From NCBI RefSeq assembly GCF_009834535.1, contig NC_045696.1:29266001-29330000 (forward strand): a stretch of DNA of 64,000 nucleotides. The letters run 5' to 3'. Source of the DNA: Camelus ferus (taxonomy: Eukaryota). How positions within the stretch are numbered: position 1 is the stretch's first letter; the number at the start of each line of letters is the position of its first letter. The position numbers and the translations under genes were made by a program. Below, in pieces: positions 24,548 through 39,065 of the stretch. Under the pieces are notes generated by a model, which was not told the DNA's origin, searched no databases, and saw only the letters and a program-made list of their open reading frames with translations.

Positions 24548-25894
24548 AACATTTTTTTTAAACTGATTTCTTATGGAATGATTTGCTCATCTTACTTACT
24601 GCAATCCATACTGAACACAGAGTGGCAAATTCTTCTGTCATTTATCATTGTTCCAAAGAAAATAAACAAATTATTAATTTGTCTTTCATTCAACACAATA
24701 TTCAGTCACAGAAAATCCATACATCATTTTCCTTTTTAAGAAACACACTTGAGTTTTTATTATTAGTGAGAGTATTTATCTATGTAGTATAATTCAAAGG
24801 ATACCAGGAAGCCCTTTTGCCCCCAAATCTTGCAAATCACCAGTAAAACACTAAGTCATTTCACAATTAGATGTTGTGTACTTTAAGTTCTTAAAGGGGC
24901 TTCTTAAGTAATCTGTTAAATATAAATAACTAAGGGAAAGGCAGTATATTAAGGTAATTATTTTTCATACTTTTGTATAAGTCATTAAAACTATTCTTTG
25001 TAATAAATCCTATATTGAAACTCAATATATAAATAAGGTGGAGCAAATGGGATTGGAACCTTGTCCATATTTCTTTCCTCAAATCCCTATATCCCCTGAG
25101 GCACCTCTATAAAATTTCAATGATTCTTGGGAGCAAATTTGAAAATAATTAAGTCAGAGAGGTAGACAGGAAAAAGATCACACTTTGACAAGATTGGTTT
25201 CTTTCTGTAATTATGTAGGCATGTGTGTCCATCATTAGTGACTTCACTTAGCAATGAATAGAGCTTATGTTCCAGATATTATGCCAAGTCATAGATACAC
25301 ACTGATAAAAGACATTTTTTTCTTTTCCCAAGGGCTTATAGAACAAAATAGAGAATTCAGAAATAGACCCATAGATGCATGGTCAATAGATCTTTGACAA
25401 AAGTATAAAGAAAATACACTGGAAAATGGATGGTCCCTCCAATAAGCATTGCTAGAAAAATTAAACATCTATATTTTTAAAAAAGAACTTTGATGGATAC
25501 CAAAAACTAACTCAAAATGGACCATAGATTTAAATGTAAAACCTAAATTATAAAACTTTTACAAGGAATACAGAAAACTGCTGTCATCTTCAGTTAGGCA
25601 AAAAGTTTTAAACATAATATTAAAATCACCATTTATTAAAAAATGATTAATTGGACTTTGACAAAGTTAAGAATTTCTGCTCTTTGAAAAATACTGTTAA
25701 GAGATAGAATACAAGTTGCAGCTTGGTTGAAATATTTGCAAATCACATATCTGACAAAGGATGTGTATCCAGAAAATATAAAGGATTCTCAAAAGTCAAT
25801 AATAACAAAACATATAAAACAAAACAAAATTGGGCAAAGTATTTTAATACACACTTCATCAAAGATGTAAGAATAGTAATTAAGCAGATTTAAA

Positions 25895-28640
25895 AATAAA
25901 AGTCCAGGACTGGATCACTTCACTGGAGAATTCTACCAAACATACAAAGAAGAACTCATATTTACCCTTTTCAAACTCTTCCAAAAGATTGAAGAGGAGA
26001 TAACACTCCCAAACTCATTCTATGAAGCCACCATCACCCTGGTACCACCAAAACCAGACAGTCACTACTGAAAAAGAAAATTACAGGCCAATATCTTTGA
26101 TGAATATAGGTACAAAATTCTCAATAAAATATTAGCAAGCTGAATCCAAAAACACATAGAAGTGATCATACACCATGATCAAGTTGGATTCACCCCAGGG
26201 TACAAGGGCGGTTCAACATACACAAATCAACAATGTGATATACCATATCAACAAAAGAAAAGACAAAAACCACATGATCATCTCAACAGATGCAGAAAAA
26301 AAAATTTGGTAAAATTCAACATCCATTCATGATAAAAACTCTAACCAAAGTGGGTATAGAGGGGACATATCTCAACATAATAAAAACTGTTCATAGCAAA
26401 CCCACAGTCAACATAATACTCAATGGTGGAAAGCTGAAAGCCTTTCCACTAAAATCTGGAACAAGACAAGGATGTCAACTCTCAACACTTCTATTCAATA
26501 TAGTATTGGAAGTCCTAGCCACAGCAATCAGACAGGAAAAGGAAATAAAAGATATCCAATTGGAAGAGAAGAGGTAAAATTGTCATTAAATGGAGATGAC
26601 ATGATACTATATATAGAAAATCCTAAAGGCTTCACACAAAAACTACTAGAACTGATAAATGAATTCAGCAAGGTAGCAGGACACAATATTAATATACAGA
26701 AATCTGTTGCTTTTCTTTGCACTAACAATGATATATCAGAAAGGGAAAGTGGAAAAAAAAAATCCCTTTTAAACTCCCATTAAAAAATCAAAGTAATTAG
26801 GAATAAACCTGACCAAGGAGGTAAAAGACTTATATGTTGAGAACAATAAAACATTGACAAAGGAAACTGAAGATGATTCAAAGAAATGGAAATAAATCAC
26901 ATGTCCTTGGCTTGGAAGAATTAACATTGTTAAAATGATCATACTACCAAAGTAATTTACAGATTTAATGCAATGCCTATCAAATTACCTAGGACATTTT
27001 TCACAGAACTAGAACAAATAATCCTAAAATTTATATGGAACCATAAAAGACCCAGACATGCTAAAGCAATACTGAAGGAAAAAAAGGAGGCTGGAGGCAT
27101 AACCCTCCCAGACTTCAGACAATACTCCAAAACTACAGTAATCAAAACAGCGTGGTTTTGGCACAAAAACAGACTTATGGCTCAATGGAACAGAATAAAG
27201 AGCCTAGAAGTAAACCTACACACCTATGGTCAATTAATGTTGGACAAAAGAGGCAAGAATATACAGTGGAGAAGACAGTCTCTTTGGCAAGTGGTGTTGG
27301 GAAAGTTGGACAGCTGAATGTAAATCGATGAAGTTAGAGCATTCCCTCACACCATTCACAAAAGTAAACTCAAAATGGTGTAAAGACTTAAATATAAAAT
27401 ATGAGACTATAAAAGTTCTAGAAGAGAACATAGGCAAAACATTCTCTGACATAAATCATAGCAATGTTTTCTTAGGTCAGTCTCCCAAGGCAATAAAAAT
27501 AAAAGCAAAAATAAGCAAATGAGGCCTAGTCAAACTTATAAACCATAAACAAGATGAAAAAACAACCCACGGAATGGGAGAAAATACTTGCAAATGATAT
27601 GACTAACAAAAGCTTAATTTCCAAAATATACGAACAGCTCACAAAACTCAATAATGAAAAAACAAACAACCCAAACCAAAAATGAGCAGAAGACCTAAAC
27701 AGACATTTCTCCAGTGAAGGCATACAGATGGCCAATAGGCACATGAAAAGATGCTCAAAATCACTAATTATTAGAGAAATGTAAATCAAAACTACAATGA
27801 GGTACCACCTCACATGAGTCAGAATGGCCATCATTAAAATGTCTACAAATAACAAATGCTGGAGAGTGTGTGGAGAAAAAGGAATCCTCCTACACTGTTG
27901 GCAGGAATATAAATTGTTGCATCCAATATGGAAAACAGTATGGATAGTCATTAAAACATAAAAATAGTGTTGCCATATGATCTAGTAATCCTGGGCATAC
28001 ATCTGGAGAAAACTCTAATTCGAAAAGATACATGAACCTCAGTGAACAAGCAGCACTATTTATAATAGCTAAAACATGGAAACAACTTACATGTCCATTG
28101 ACAGATGACTGAATAAAGAACATGTGGTATATACATACAGTGGAACACTACTTAGCCATAAAAAAGAATGAAGTAATGTCATTTGCAGCAACATAGATGG
28201 ACCTAGAAATTATAATACTAAGTGAAACATATCAGAATGAGAAAGATAAACACTATATATCACATATGCAGAATTGAAACTGTGAAACAAATGAACTTAC
28301 TTACAAAACAGAAACAAACTCACAGACATAGAAAAGAAATTTATGGTTACCAAAGGGGAAAGGGAGGAGGGATAAATTAGGAGTTTAGAATTAGCAGATA
28401 CAAACTAGTATATATAAAATAGATCAACAATAAGAAGGTTAGCCCAGGGAACCATTTTCAATATTTTATAATAAACCATAATGAAAAAGAATATGAAAAA
28501 GAATCTATGTTTATATATATATGTATATATAATGTATAATATATATAACTGAATCACTTTGATGTACACTAGAAACTAACACATTGTAAATCAACTATAC
28601 TTTCATAGAAAAAATTTTAAAGAATTTTAAAAAGAATTTT
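25895..28640 (+). mobile_element. 5'-truncated LINE-1 (RT, C-terminal domain, 3'UTR), frameshifted
   Basis: [50 protein letters not shown] peptides; full 3'UTR. Confidence 0.95.
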
Positions 28641-28929
28641 TTAAAATTTCAATATTTTTAGTCTTTAGGCATTTAATACAAACTAAAATTTCAGTGAGAT
28701 ACCTCTACACACCCACTCAAATGTCTAAAATTAAGAAGACTGACTGTAATTAGAGTAGCTGAAAATGTAGAGCAACTGAAAATCTCATACACTGCTGGTG
28801 GGAATGAAAAATCATAAAACCTCTTTCAAAAATAGTTTGGCGATTTTATTTTTTAAAAAATCAAATAAATACTACCTTATTATCCAGTCATTTAAATCTT
28901 AATTATTCCTCCAAAAAAATGAAAACATA

Positions 28930-29062
28930 TGGTATAAAGTCTCAGTTTTGCAAGATGAATAAATTCTAGAGATCAGCTGTACAATATCAACCCTATCGCT
29001 AAGAATATTTTATCCGCACAGAAATTTAATAGGGTACATATCATGTTAAGCATTTATGCAAC
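28930..29062 (+). mobile_element. Short L1MA/MB-type 3'UTR fragment nested in older L1
   Basis: ggtataaagtctcagttttgcaagatgaataaattctagagatc. Confidence 0.65.
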
Positions 29063-30319
29063 AACTACATGTGTGTGTGTATAAATATATATATATATCT
29101 ATTTAAAGTTCATACATGAATATTTACTGGCTGCTTTATTTTTAATAGCTAATATTTGTGGACAACTATCAGGTAAATGGCTAAATAAATTGTGGTATTT
29201 CATGCAATAGTCTTATTTTGAAATATAAAGAAATAATCTATTGATTCACATAACATTATTGATGAATCTCAAGATAATTAGGCTGAATGAAAGAAGCCAG
29301 AAAAATAAATACATACTATATGGTCCCATTACTATAAAAGTCTATGAAATGAAAACTAAAATGAAAGAAAGCAGACCAAAGGCTTCCTGAGCTGGAAGGG
29401 AACGTGCAGAAGAAAAGGTTTACAAAAGGGACAGAGGGACCTTCGGGGGGTGATGAATAGGGTCATAATCTTGATTCAGGTGATGGATTCACAGGTGTAC
29501 ACGTACATCAAACTTACCAATTTATGCTTCTCAAATGTGTGCATTGTTTTGTAGGTCTATTATACCTCAATAAAGCTGCTAGAAACAAATTCCAGATGTA
29601 TAAAAAATGTGAATGAAAAAATATAAAACATAAAGAAGAAAATTTTAAACAAAACAGATGAAAGGAAGAATGACATATTGTGGCAGTAAGTTTCAAGCAT
29701 TAGGTGACTACATAGAGGTGGCATGCACCCATTCTCATGGGGTCATGGAAGCCTATCTTAGCCAGGCCAAGGATGGACGTTCCAGGCTGAGGAAGTAACC
29801 TGTGCTCACAGAGTAGAGGCTCCAATTGAACTACCAGGGTGAGGGTAGCCAAAATAGACAAAGAAACGTCAGTGATCAAAATCTTAAGTATTATCCTTCC
29901 CACCATGCTTCTCTGACATTGTGAAACCCAATTTCTAGGATACTTAGCTGCCAATGAGGCAAAAACATAATCTCAGATGATCTGATAGAACATTACTAAG
30001 CTCACTAGAAAAGAGTGGATGTGCATGGAGTGTTCAGACACAAATTCTACTGACAAAAAAATATTTCACGCCACCATCACCTTTGATTTTGCACTATTTT
30101 TATACTAGATCTCTTTCAAAGATGGAAAATGAAGAGGAGGGTTTAGAAAACACCTGAACTAGGTTGCACCTTCTATTGGAGGCCCTTGGGATGCTAGGTA
30201 CCAGAAAATGCTCTCAGTGTCTGGTGCATGGAAATTCATTCTCCCATTTGGTGTCTGTCAGCATTCTCTGGATAGAAAAATCTAGCAAACAATACAGTAA
30301 ACAGAGAAGACTGTCAAAA

Positions 30320-30608
30320 TCACAGATGGCCAAACCTTTTTATTTTTCTAATTTTACGTATTGTTTAAAACAATGAACACACTCCCCAATATCCATTTCA
30401 TTTTTTATAAATTTCATAAATGCAACACTACCGGATATACTATATTATTATAAAACAAATATAAAGATGTCAATGAACGATGACAAAATGTATAAAAATA
30501 AAGAGAGAGAAAGTATATAAAACTATATAGCAATATGAGTTCTGGTATTTTCTTCTGGTATCAACCTCTCTGTGGCAAACCTGCCTCACTTTGGATAACC
30601 TGGCTCTA
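30320..30608. mobile_element. Probable hAT-Charlie relic
   Basis: gagttctggtattttcttc...cactttggataacctggctctag resembles Charlie-type terminus. Confidence 0.35.
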
Positions 30609-31754
30609 GAACAGTTTATGTCAAGATGAGATCGTCTGAGTTACCCAGAAACACCAGGGGTGCTTATTCTTAAATGCTGTTGGAGGCCTCACCTCTGAAA
30701 CTTCGGCAAGAATGTTTTATTTCTGCATTTAAAACTGAATCTATTTCCAACTAATGTGATTTTTATTAAGTAAATCAGAGTGAATGTGAAGGGGGAAAAA
30801 TCTTTATTCAAGATTCCAAATGCAGCTTGAACTCTCTTTTTAAAAGCTATGATTGCAAACAAAAAAGTGCCTCCTGGGAACATGGATGATCAGGTGAGAA
30901 TATATTTTCTTAGAGAAAGTTAACTGGCTCCCCAAAGTGTCGAACTTGGATTGCTTGGAGATCAGTAGAAGCAGGTGGATCCTATCAAATGTGAAGCCCC
31001 ATGTAAAATACATGACAGCAGTTACCAAAGTCATAATGAGTTTCACTGTTACTGCCCATAAATCCTTGCACATATGCAAACTCCCTTGCTAACTCTTTAG
31101 AAGAGCAAATATTTGCAAAGCAAAGCTTATGCAAACTAGAAACTAATTATCAATGTTTGTTTCCAGCCAATTTTTGCAAATTAAAATTCTAGCTCAGCCA
31201 AGAGAGTGTCTTTTAAAATAAGCTGGATTATCAATATTTATAAGTGATTAATCATTAGAAATGATATTACATACTTAAACTGTGGCCTGTCTAACTTTTC
31301 TCCCAGTGTACAAAATGTATATTCTTCAGGAGATATTCTGGCAAAATAGCCACAAGTGTTCTTATCTCTACAAACATCCCCAGCTCTAGTAAATCAACAT
31401 TATCTAAGTATTTTATATGTACCCAAAACACAAAATATAGGTTCTTCTATTTAGTCTATATAACCAAGACAATTTCCATCAATTATAACCATAGTAATTA
31501 CCACTTATTACCACTAGAATAATGTATAATCCCTAAGTTTCTGTTTTTAATATATGTGCTTGGCAGTATAGTTGAAGATAAAATTACATGGCAATATAGT
31601 TGGAGGTAATTCCATGCTCTCTTAGGAAATGGAGTTTACAGAAGAAGTGACAAAAGGTAAAGGAAAGGGGAAAATGTAAGAGACTCTAAACATATAATTA
31701 ATTTTCCATTTAATTTATTAAGTGTCCTGGTTTTCATTTAAGGAAGAAAAACTG

Positions 31755-31942
31755 AATTTACTGATTGCCACCATTATGCCTAGTACTATCAAACTAGTTC
31801 ACTAGAAAAGCTTGTATTGTTTTAAAGACAAAATTAGAAAGGGAAGGGGATGTCTGAAGCTTGTCCAAGGTCACAAAGATGCCCCCCATGCCAGTGTTCA
31901 AATCCTCATCTTTTGATTTAAAAACCAGTGATTTTCACCACC
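31755..31942 (-). mobile_element. MIR SINE
   Basis: cttgtccaaggtcaca...ttcaaatcctcatcttttgatttaaaaaccagtg. Confidence 0.55.
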
Positions 31943-34900
31943 TCTTCTTTTTATAGTTATATAAATTTTAGGCTTTAACTCATTTCCCTTTACCATATTT
32001 CAACTTGTCAATGTCTAATTTAACCCTAAAATTTCAAAAATATTTCTTCTGGCTTAAAGGAGTTAATTAGAACCTGTTAGGAAATCTAAGGAAAATAAGA
32101 ATGCTGCACACAAATAATGAAATCTGAAGAATATATTTCAACCTTCCAGAAAAACCAGACTGCATTCTGCAGTAAAGTCTGTTCAACATTAAGCAGAAGC
32201 TATTTAAAAAGCAGAATGCAGACCACGGTAGGAAAGATGCCCATTGCCAAGTCCTTCACGGCTCACCATAAATGTGAACAGCGAAGTGCTATCCATTTTA
32301 AAATCAATCAAGGTGATGCAACGCTTAAAATGCAATTGATTTTGGCTAATTTGCAAGTAGAAAGGTTTAGAACTTGAATAATTTCTTTTCCACTTTAGCT
32401 GGTTCAACAGCCTAATCAATTATTAGTCTTGTTTATTTATTTATTTACTTTAGATAATTCCTGAGTGAGACAACTTTTGATTTATTTTCAGTTGCCCTTG
32501 TGTAGATGAAAGAGACCACAAACTTAAAATTAAAAAAAAAAAAAAAAAAAAAAAACAAAAAACCCACTTGCCAGGTGAGCAAAATGAAGAAAGACCTCAA
32601 ATGCAAGGACTACAATTTTCAAGCTGTGTTTGGAATTTTTAAAAAGTGAAAACAATTAAGAGACTCCATTTCAGCCTCCTATTAGTGATTAGGCTGAAAA
32701 ACGATGAGAAGAAATAGGAAGAAAATCACTGCGAATTCCATTAGAGACAGATTAGAATAAGGTTAAGTTACTCTTTCTGTCTGCCTTCTCCATTCAGGCA
32801 CCCCGAAGAGCTTACCACACTTCCCAGGAACCAGCCTGTCACCTTGGTGTCCTTTTAAATAGCATCCCTAACCTTTAAACATAGCTTTTATAAACACAAC
32901 ATTGTATCTCAGTGTTAGGGAGCCTCCATTCCCCAAGCATTTGGGGTCCCTTTTAGACATTTCTCCAAAATGACTCCTGCAAGAGGGAAAGCAGGAACAT
33001 TCTAAAATCTGAGAAAAATAATCAACCAGGATAAATATTTCCATATACCCAACTAAAATGTGGTGCATCCTACACATACATACCTGTGTGTGCAGATGAG
33101 AGAAATACACACATAAAACTATATGCATAATGCACACTGATAAACATAAAAATCTTTCCAGATTCAAATATTTTTATCAGTCAGGAAAGTGAGAACTCAG
33201 TAAAACTTTTTTTTTGGCAGAACAAGCCATTCAAAATATCTGCTGTTTTTCCAAATATCTAATTAATCAGGTGTCTTTTTTTCCCTAAATTGTACATTAT
33301 GCAAAGTAATTACCTACATTCCTTTGATAAAATGATTGACTTACTTGAATATAGTTAATTTAAAATCTGCTTGTGGTAGGGGAGTTTGCACCTTACTTTT
33401 CAAAGTAATGAGGTTTTACTGAATATTCAAACAATTACAAAAATATTTTTGTAGAATTATACTTAGTGCTATTATAGCTAGAGTTCTAGAAGCATTTAAA
33501 TGTTTTTTTCTTACAGAAATTTAAAAACCTGGTGAATTGTTCACAATTTCCATGCTGAAAGACGGTCTGTCAAACTGAAATAGCAACACAATGCAAGCCA
33601 TTTTGTGACTCAGTTCTTGATTGCAGACAGCTGAGATTCAATAGCTGAAGGGAGAACTAAGGACACCATCCAGACGTCTGTAATAATCCCTCTGCTTTTT
33701 TCCCCCAGCTTGACTGCTGCCTTAGTGTGTCTGCCTATTTCTTGTCTCTACAATTATAAACAGGACAGCCACATTGATACATACCTTGATCATAAAAAAA
33801 TTTACCCATTCACTAAAAGACTCATTGAACATACCAGCAGAGTTATCTGGTCTGGAAACTTTGCTTAATTATAATTCTGGGACCCTGCTTCTGACATTTA
33901 CAAATGACCCACTAAAGCTACTGCAGCTGATTATGATAACCTCAAAGTTATCTGGGCGACATGGATTACCCTCAGCGTGAGGGGAGATGCAGGGACTATC
34001 AGAAACAATGGAACCTTCTCTGCAGCCTGGATTTCTCTGAGATTAATATTGCTTACAAATAAACACATGCACAAACACGCATACGCACACACATATATTT
34101 ACGCACTTATGCATATGCAGTTGACATGAATCAGGTCACGGCACCCTAATTTAGTGGCCCATTTCTGCAGCACTAAGCTAGGTTTTCTACAAGATAAATA
34201 GTAGACTAAATGGCATGATCTGCAATATAGGTGAATTCCTAGTAGACTAAGGAGCCACAGGATTGTCCTAGGTCTTAAAACAACTAACTTTCACCCAAAC
34301 ACATACAAACACCCCAAAATACCACATACCTGCCAGCACATGAAGACACACTGCCAAAACTCCAGTCTTGTCCACTGCAATCACCCTGGCACCCTAAATC
34401 ATACTCGATCAATTTTCATTCTGATCAACACTGCACAACATTGATTTGTGACTCTTAACTCAGGGCACTGAAGCTGTCATTTAATTCGATCTTTCTAACA
34501 TTTCACCCAAGATATATATATTCTTTGTCCATCTGGCTTTCAATGTCCAGGGCAATCTCCTGCTCAGAGGATCCCAGTTCCATTCCAACCCTCTGACTCT
34601 CGGAGGGAACACAGACAACAGGTATTTCATGTTATTTTCAGGTTCGGCCGCAAACAAAAATTCTGAGGCTTCTGTGAGATCCTCCTGGTTCCTCTTGTAG
34701 TATGTCTCCTTCCATTTTGTGACATGTTCCATGTCCATTAACCATTCCCAAGCTCTCATTCAGTATGTTAGTAGAATTTGAATTCCCTACCCTCAAGCCA
34801 AATCCTATAGCCTAACCGTGTAGGGCACACAGGAGCATGCAATCATGGCATCAGCTCTGCAGACGTTATACTGATGAGCTCACGTGCAAAACCTAGGTAC

Positions 34901-35339
34901 AGAATGATTACCGAATAACTCTAACCATCAGCCGCAGTTAATCGAATACCTGGCAAGGCATTAGAAGTCCATCCCCAACTGTAGGCAGAGTTTGAACTTA
35001 CTTAAGCACTTCAACAATTTAGGACATGGACTAGATGAATTTCTAGACCCTCTAAGCATTCAGTGGGCATAGAACTTAGCTAGGCTCTGTCCTCACATCT
35101 AAGCATTAGATGAGGACATCTATTGACTCAGATAGATTTACCTACTATGAATATCACAATGTCCCAGAATCCCAGCAAGGTTGACCCTATAGTGTATCAA
35201 TATCAAAAAATGATCCCATTGGAAAGGATACGACTCTACTTCTACTGCCAGGTCAGCACCTCTAATCACAGAACTTCCTGGCTTTAACATTTAACATTGA
35301 TATTCCAGCACTACTCATAACTAAGGCCACATGGGCCAT

Positions 35340-35680
35340 TCATTCTTTATTCAAGGGTCAGAGACACAGCAACAGACAAAGCCAAACATCTCTTCCTTCA
35401 TGAGGCTGAACACATATGGAGAAGGAAGACGCCAAAATAAAATTCTAGAAAATAAAATAAAATATGTAATGTCATGTGGTAATGAATGTTATGAAGAAAT
35501 ATAAAATTGGATAAAGAAAGAAGACACGGTCACATTATTTATTTACTCTCTAGGGGTGTAATATTTGGGCTCAGGCTTGAGTGAAATGAGGCAGGCAAAT
35601 ATCTGGAAAATTGTTCTAGAAAGAGGGGTCTGCAAAAACAAAGGCCCGGAGATTCTTGGGCCCTATGGGTGCAGCAGGAC
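35340..35680 (-). mobile_element. L2 3' fragment
   Basis: gacacagcaacagacaaag...ccttcatgaggct...atgttatgaagaaatataaa. Confidence 0.55.
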
Positions 35681-36059
35681 CAGAAATTACTCTCTTTTCT
35701 GGGTCATTTAGAACCATGTTCTGCTTAAACAAATTTCAAACAATTGGTTTGAACAAAATTTCCTAGAAAACCTCTTAAAAAAAAAAAAACTTGTATTCCC
35801 TTCTTTTCTTTTAATGCCATGCCCTCATTCAGTTCTTCATAAAATCTTGCCCAGCCCCATTTCAGGGATTTGTAATTGGATTCCAAAACCCCTAGTGTCT
35901 CCTCAGTCCAGTCCATCCTATTTCTACCAAAATTATATTAGAAAAACAAAAATGGTGGCATGGCACTCTCCCTTTGGAACACATTGTGACTTCTAAGTCT
36001 GGCCTTTGGAACTCCAGAATTTGGCACTTTCCTCTCTTTGCAAGTTAATTTACCAAAGT

Positions 36060-36614
36060 GTATTGTACTATGACATCTTTCCTTATCTGCGACTATACTT
36101 CCAAGAACCCCCATCTCTGTATGCTTCCAAGTTACAGTTTGCCAAAAGAGAAATCTATGCATGATTTGAATGTCAGGGTGAAGATACAGCCATTTTCCTC
36201 CAAGGTTATTGCCGTAGGATATAGGAAGAGACAGACACAGAAATGCTGGCAAGTTCCAGCATGTTCTTGATTTCCCTATCCCACGTATGGCTGTTTCCAA
36301 CAGCCAGTTCTGCTGATGGAACCTCAGACCCCTTGCCATATGCAGGGACAACAGACTTCAGCAACTCCCCTCCTCCTTCCCACTCCATCAACTGGAGGGA
36401 CCAGCTTTCCCAAATCTCTTTGCAAGTTCCAATTTGTCCACTCACATCAGTGCTTCAGAAGCTGTAGGACTGACTGTTCTCTGATTTCCTACAACTCCCC
36501 TCTTCAGACCCTTACTTCCTCAGTGTCTCAGATAATGTAAGGTCTTATTTGTATAATAAATCCCTTATTCCACAAAACTCATAGTTATTCTGTCTCCTTT
36601 ATAGACCTGGACTC
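36060..36614 (+). mobile_element. Ancient ERVL solo LTR (LTR33/40/41-like)
   Basis: 3' end tataataaatcccttattcc...actcatagttattctgtctcc...cctggact. Confidence 0.6.
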
Positions 36615-36670
36615 TCTCTCTCTCTCTCTTTCTCTTTCTCTCACACACAAACACACACACACACACACAC
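36612..36670. repeat. (CT)n(CA)n microsatellite
   Basis: Directly visible. Confidence 0.9.
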
Positions 36671-37724
36671 TTACAAAGCACTTTTATGTATACCTCTATT
36701 AAATAAACAATAATAATAAATTTAATAAATAATAAAATGTTGCACTGTAAGTGAGGAAAGATTAACTTTATTAACTTTTTACTCCTCTTTTCTTTTTCCT
36801 CCTAAAAGTGACTGTGGAAATTGGAGGGCATGAAGAGAATGCAACTCCAGTACCACTTGCCTGCAGTGCAAATACTCCCATGTGTAAGTTCCTCTAACAC
36901 CAATTACTGTATTCATAATCAGGACTTAGGAAAAAACAGAAGTTTATATGCAGATTTTCTTAGGAAAAGGGACCAGAATAGCCAGAGTAGAATTAGAACT
37001 TTCATCAGGAAAAGAAAAAGCCCTCAGTTCGGCTGCTGCACTGGAAGAAGCCCTGTTAGCACTACTGTAAGAAAGTAAAATTGAGGACCTGCGAGTGGGG
37101 CTCTTTCCCCAGAGAGGCACGCTGCCGGCTTTGCACAGCTCTCAGCTCATGGCACGTTTCTCTTCTTTCCATGACCCCTAAATGGCAGCCCCACTGGCTC
37201 GCGCTTAAGTTGGTCTGCATCATCTCAGTGCTCATAGGCCAGCGTTTCCAATCTACTGTTCTGGTGGTTAAAAAAAAAAAAAAAAAAAAAGCCCCTGAGG
37301 CCAACTGTGAGCTGCCTGTCTCTGCTGTTTGTGTTATGTTCCCAGAGACCAATTAACATTTTACTTAATGCTCTAGATAAAAAGTTACATCGGTTTTGCA
37401 TCTCTATCCAAACCTATTTTTACCGATAAGTTGTTATTTTCAGTATGCAATTTTGCAGAACAAAAATTATCCAAGAACATGTCATGTTGTGTATGGCAAA
37501 AATATCTGTCTATGCCTTATAAATTTTATATGCAGTGGACTCTGTATATGTCTTTAGCACATACTAATATTGATACGTGCTAAGTAGATTAATGAAAGTA
37601 TGCTTATTTATTTGTATTATGTGTAGTACATACATTCATATATATGTATATCTTGTTTATTGATTTCAATAGTTTATGACAGAGAATTTTTGCTTCAGTT
37701 TATGGAAACAGTATTAAGTTAAAG

Positions 37725-39065
37725 TGACAAAATTCATGATTTCTTAGAGCTTATAGTTTGTAAAAAAAAAAAAGGTAATTAAAAATCAAATACAGTCTTG
37801 TTTGTATGCCAGTGGAAATTTAAGATTTCTGGGAAAGCTTCTATTGAGGGAGTCTAATCTGATCCGATGGTCAGGAAGATTCTCCTGAAGAAAGTGTTGC
37901 TTGCCATAGATCTGGAAGGTGAGGAGGTATTCAGAAGAATGGGGTGGTGGTAAAAGATAAACAGTATGTGTGAAGATGGTGAGATAAGGCAAACTATGAA
38001 AAAATCAGGCAACTGAAAGAAATCGGAATTTGAAGCACTGAGTTTGAGGGGGAATAGTCCCAGAGATGGGGAAAGAAGACAAAAGCAGGGCAAAGATTCT
38101 GAACAGTCAGCAGCCACCCATACGGAGTGGGAACTTTATCCTGGTGGCAATAAGGAATTCCTGACAGATCTTAGGGATGAGATTATCTGAATCAGATTTG
38201 TGTTTCAAAGAAATCATTCTGGCTTCACAGTAGGTGAGTCACAGATACAGGCACAAAATACTATAGTAAATGAGACATTTAGGAGGCTGGCTGTTGCAGG
38301 AATTTTAAAAAAATACAATAGTCAGATCAAGAGCAGTAGAAATGGGGATAGAAAAAAGGTGACCTTTTAGATGAAAGAATCAATAGGCTTTTAGATGGTA
38401 AAACGAATAGGCCCTGGCCATTAATTGATGTTAGTGGGTAAGGAGTTATGGCCAGCAATGAAATCAAGTACCCTTAGTATTTTTGTCAGAGTACCTGGAA
38501 GGATGAAGCAATTTAATAAAATGGGAAATAAAAGAAAAGGAATAAACAGATGGTGAAAAGGAAAGTTGACTTCAAGTTAAAGGTATGCTCTGTAAGAAGG
38601 TCAAAGGGAGAGTTGGCCCACAAGTATATATTTGAGTATCACCAGAATAGTGGTGGGATTTGAATCTTGAGAGTAGATGCAATTGCTCTAAGAGAGTGTT
38701 CGGAGAGGGGAAAAGAAGAAACTCCAAACTGAGATTCCAAAAGTAGGACGTACCTCTAGGAAAAAAAGAGACTGTAAAGAAGATGGAGAGGTAGGAAAAC
38801 CAGAAGAGGATGGCGCCATGAAAGTTGAGTGAAGTGTTTCAAAACAGAAAGCTGGTCATGTGGTCAAGGTTATGAATATGCAGAATCTATCATGTGTGTA
38901 ATCCATCATCTGCATAGCCCACTGGTGATTTTAATGAGACCACTTTCAGTGGAGGAGTGTGGTATAAGCTACAAATTGGTGGCGAAGGACTGAGCAGGAA
39001 GCCAAAACTTGCCACAGGCATGGACGATGACTTGTAAGTTTTGCGGTGAAAAGGGGGAGAGAGTC
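37725..39065 (-). mobile_element. L2 LINE fragment
   Basis: ggtcaggaagattctcctgaagaa, gaactttatcctggtggcaataagga, atcagatttgtgtttcaaagaaatcattctgg. Confidence 0.7.

Larger units (their letters stand above)
25340..29585 (+). mobile_element. Ancient L1 (L1MC/MD-like) ORF2 end and 3'UTR, interrupted by younger L1s
   Basis: Degenerate ORF2 25340-25890 resumes ~28645; ends cctcaataaagctgct. Confidence 0.75.

Noticed and set aside
32160..32221. 11-bp inverted repeat ctgcattctgc/gcagaatgcag
   Set aside because: 40-nt unpaired spacer, no TSD or extended pairing.
33690..33980. Strong-looking splice acceptor (ttttttcccccag) and nearby 68-aa ORF
   Set aside because: No convincing downstream donor and no recognisable peptide.
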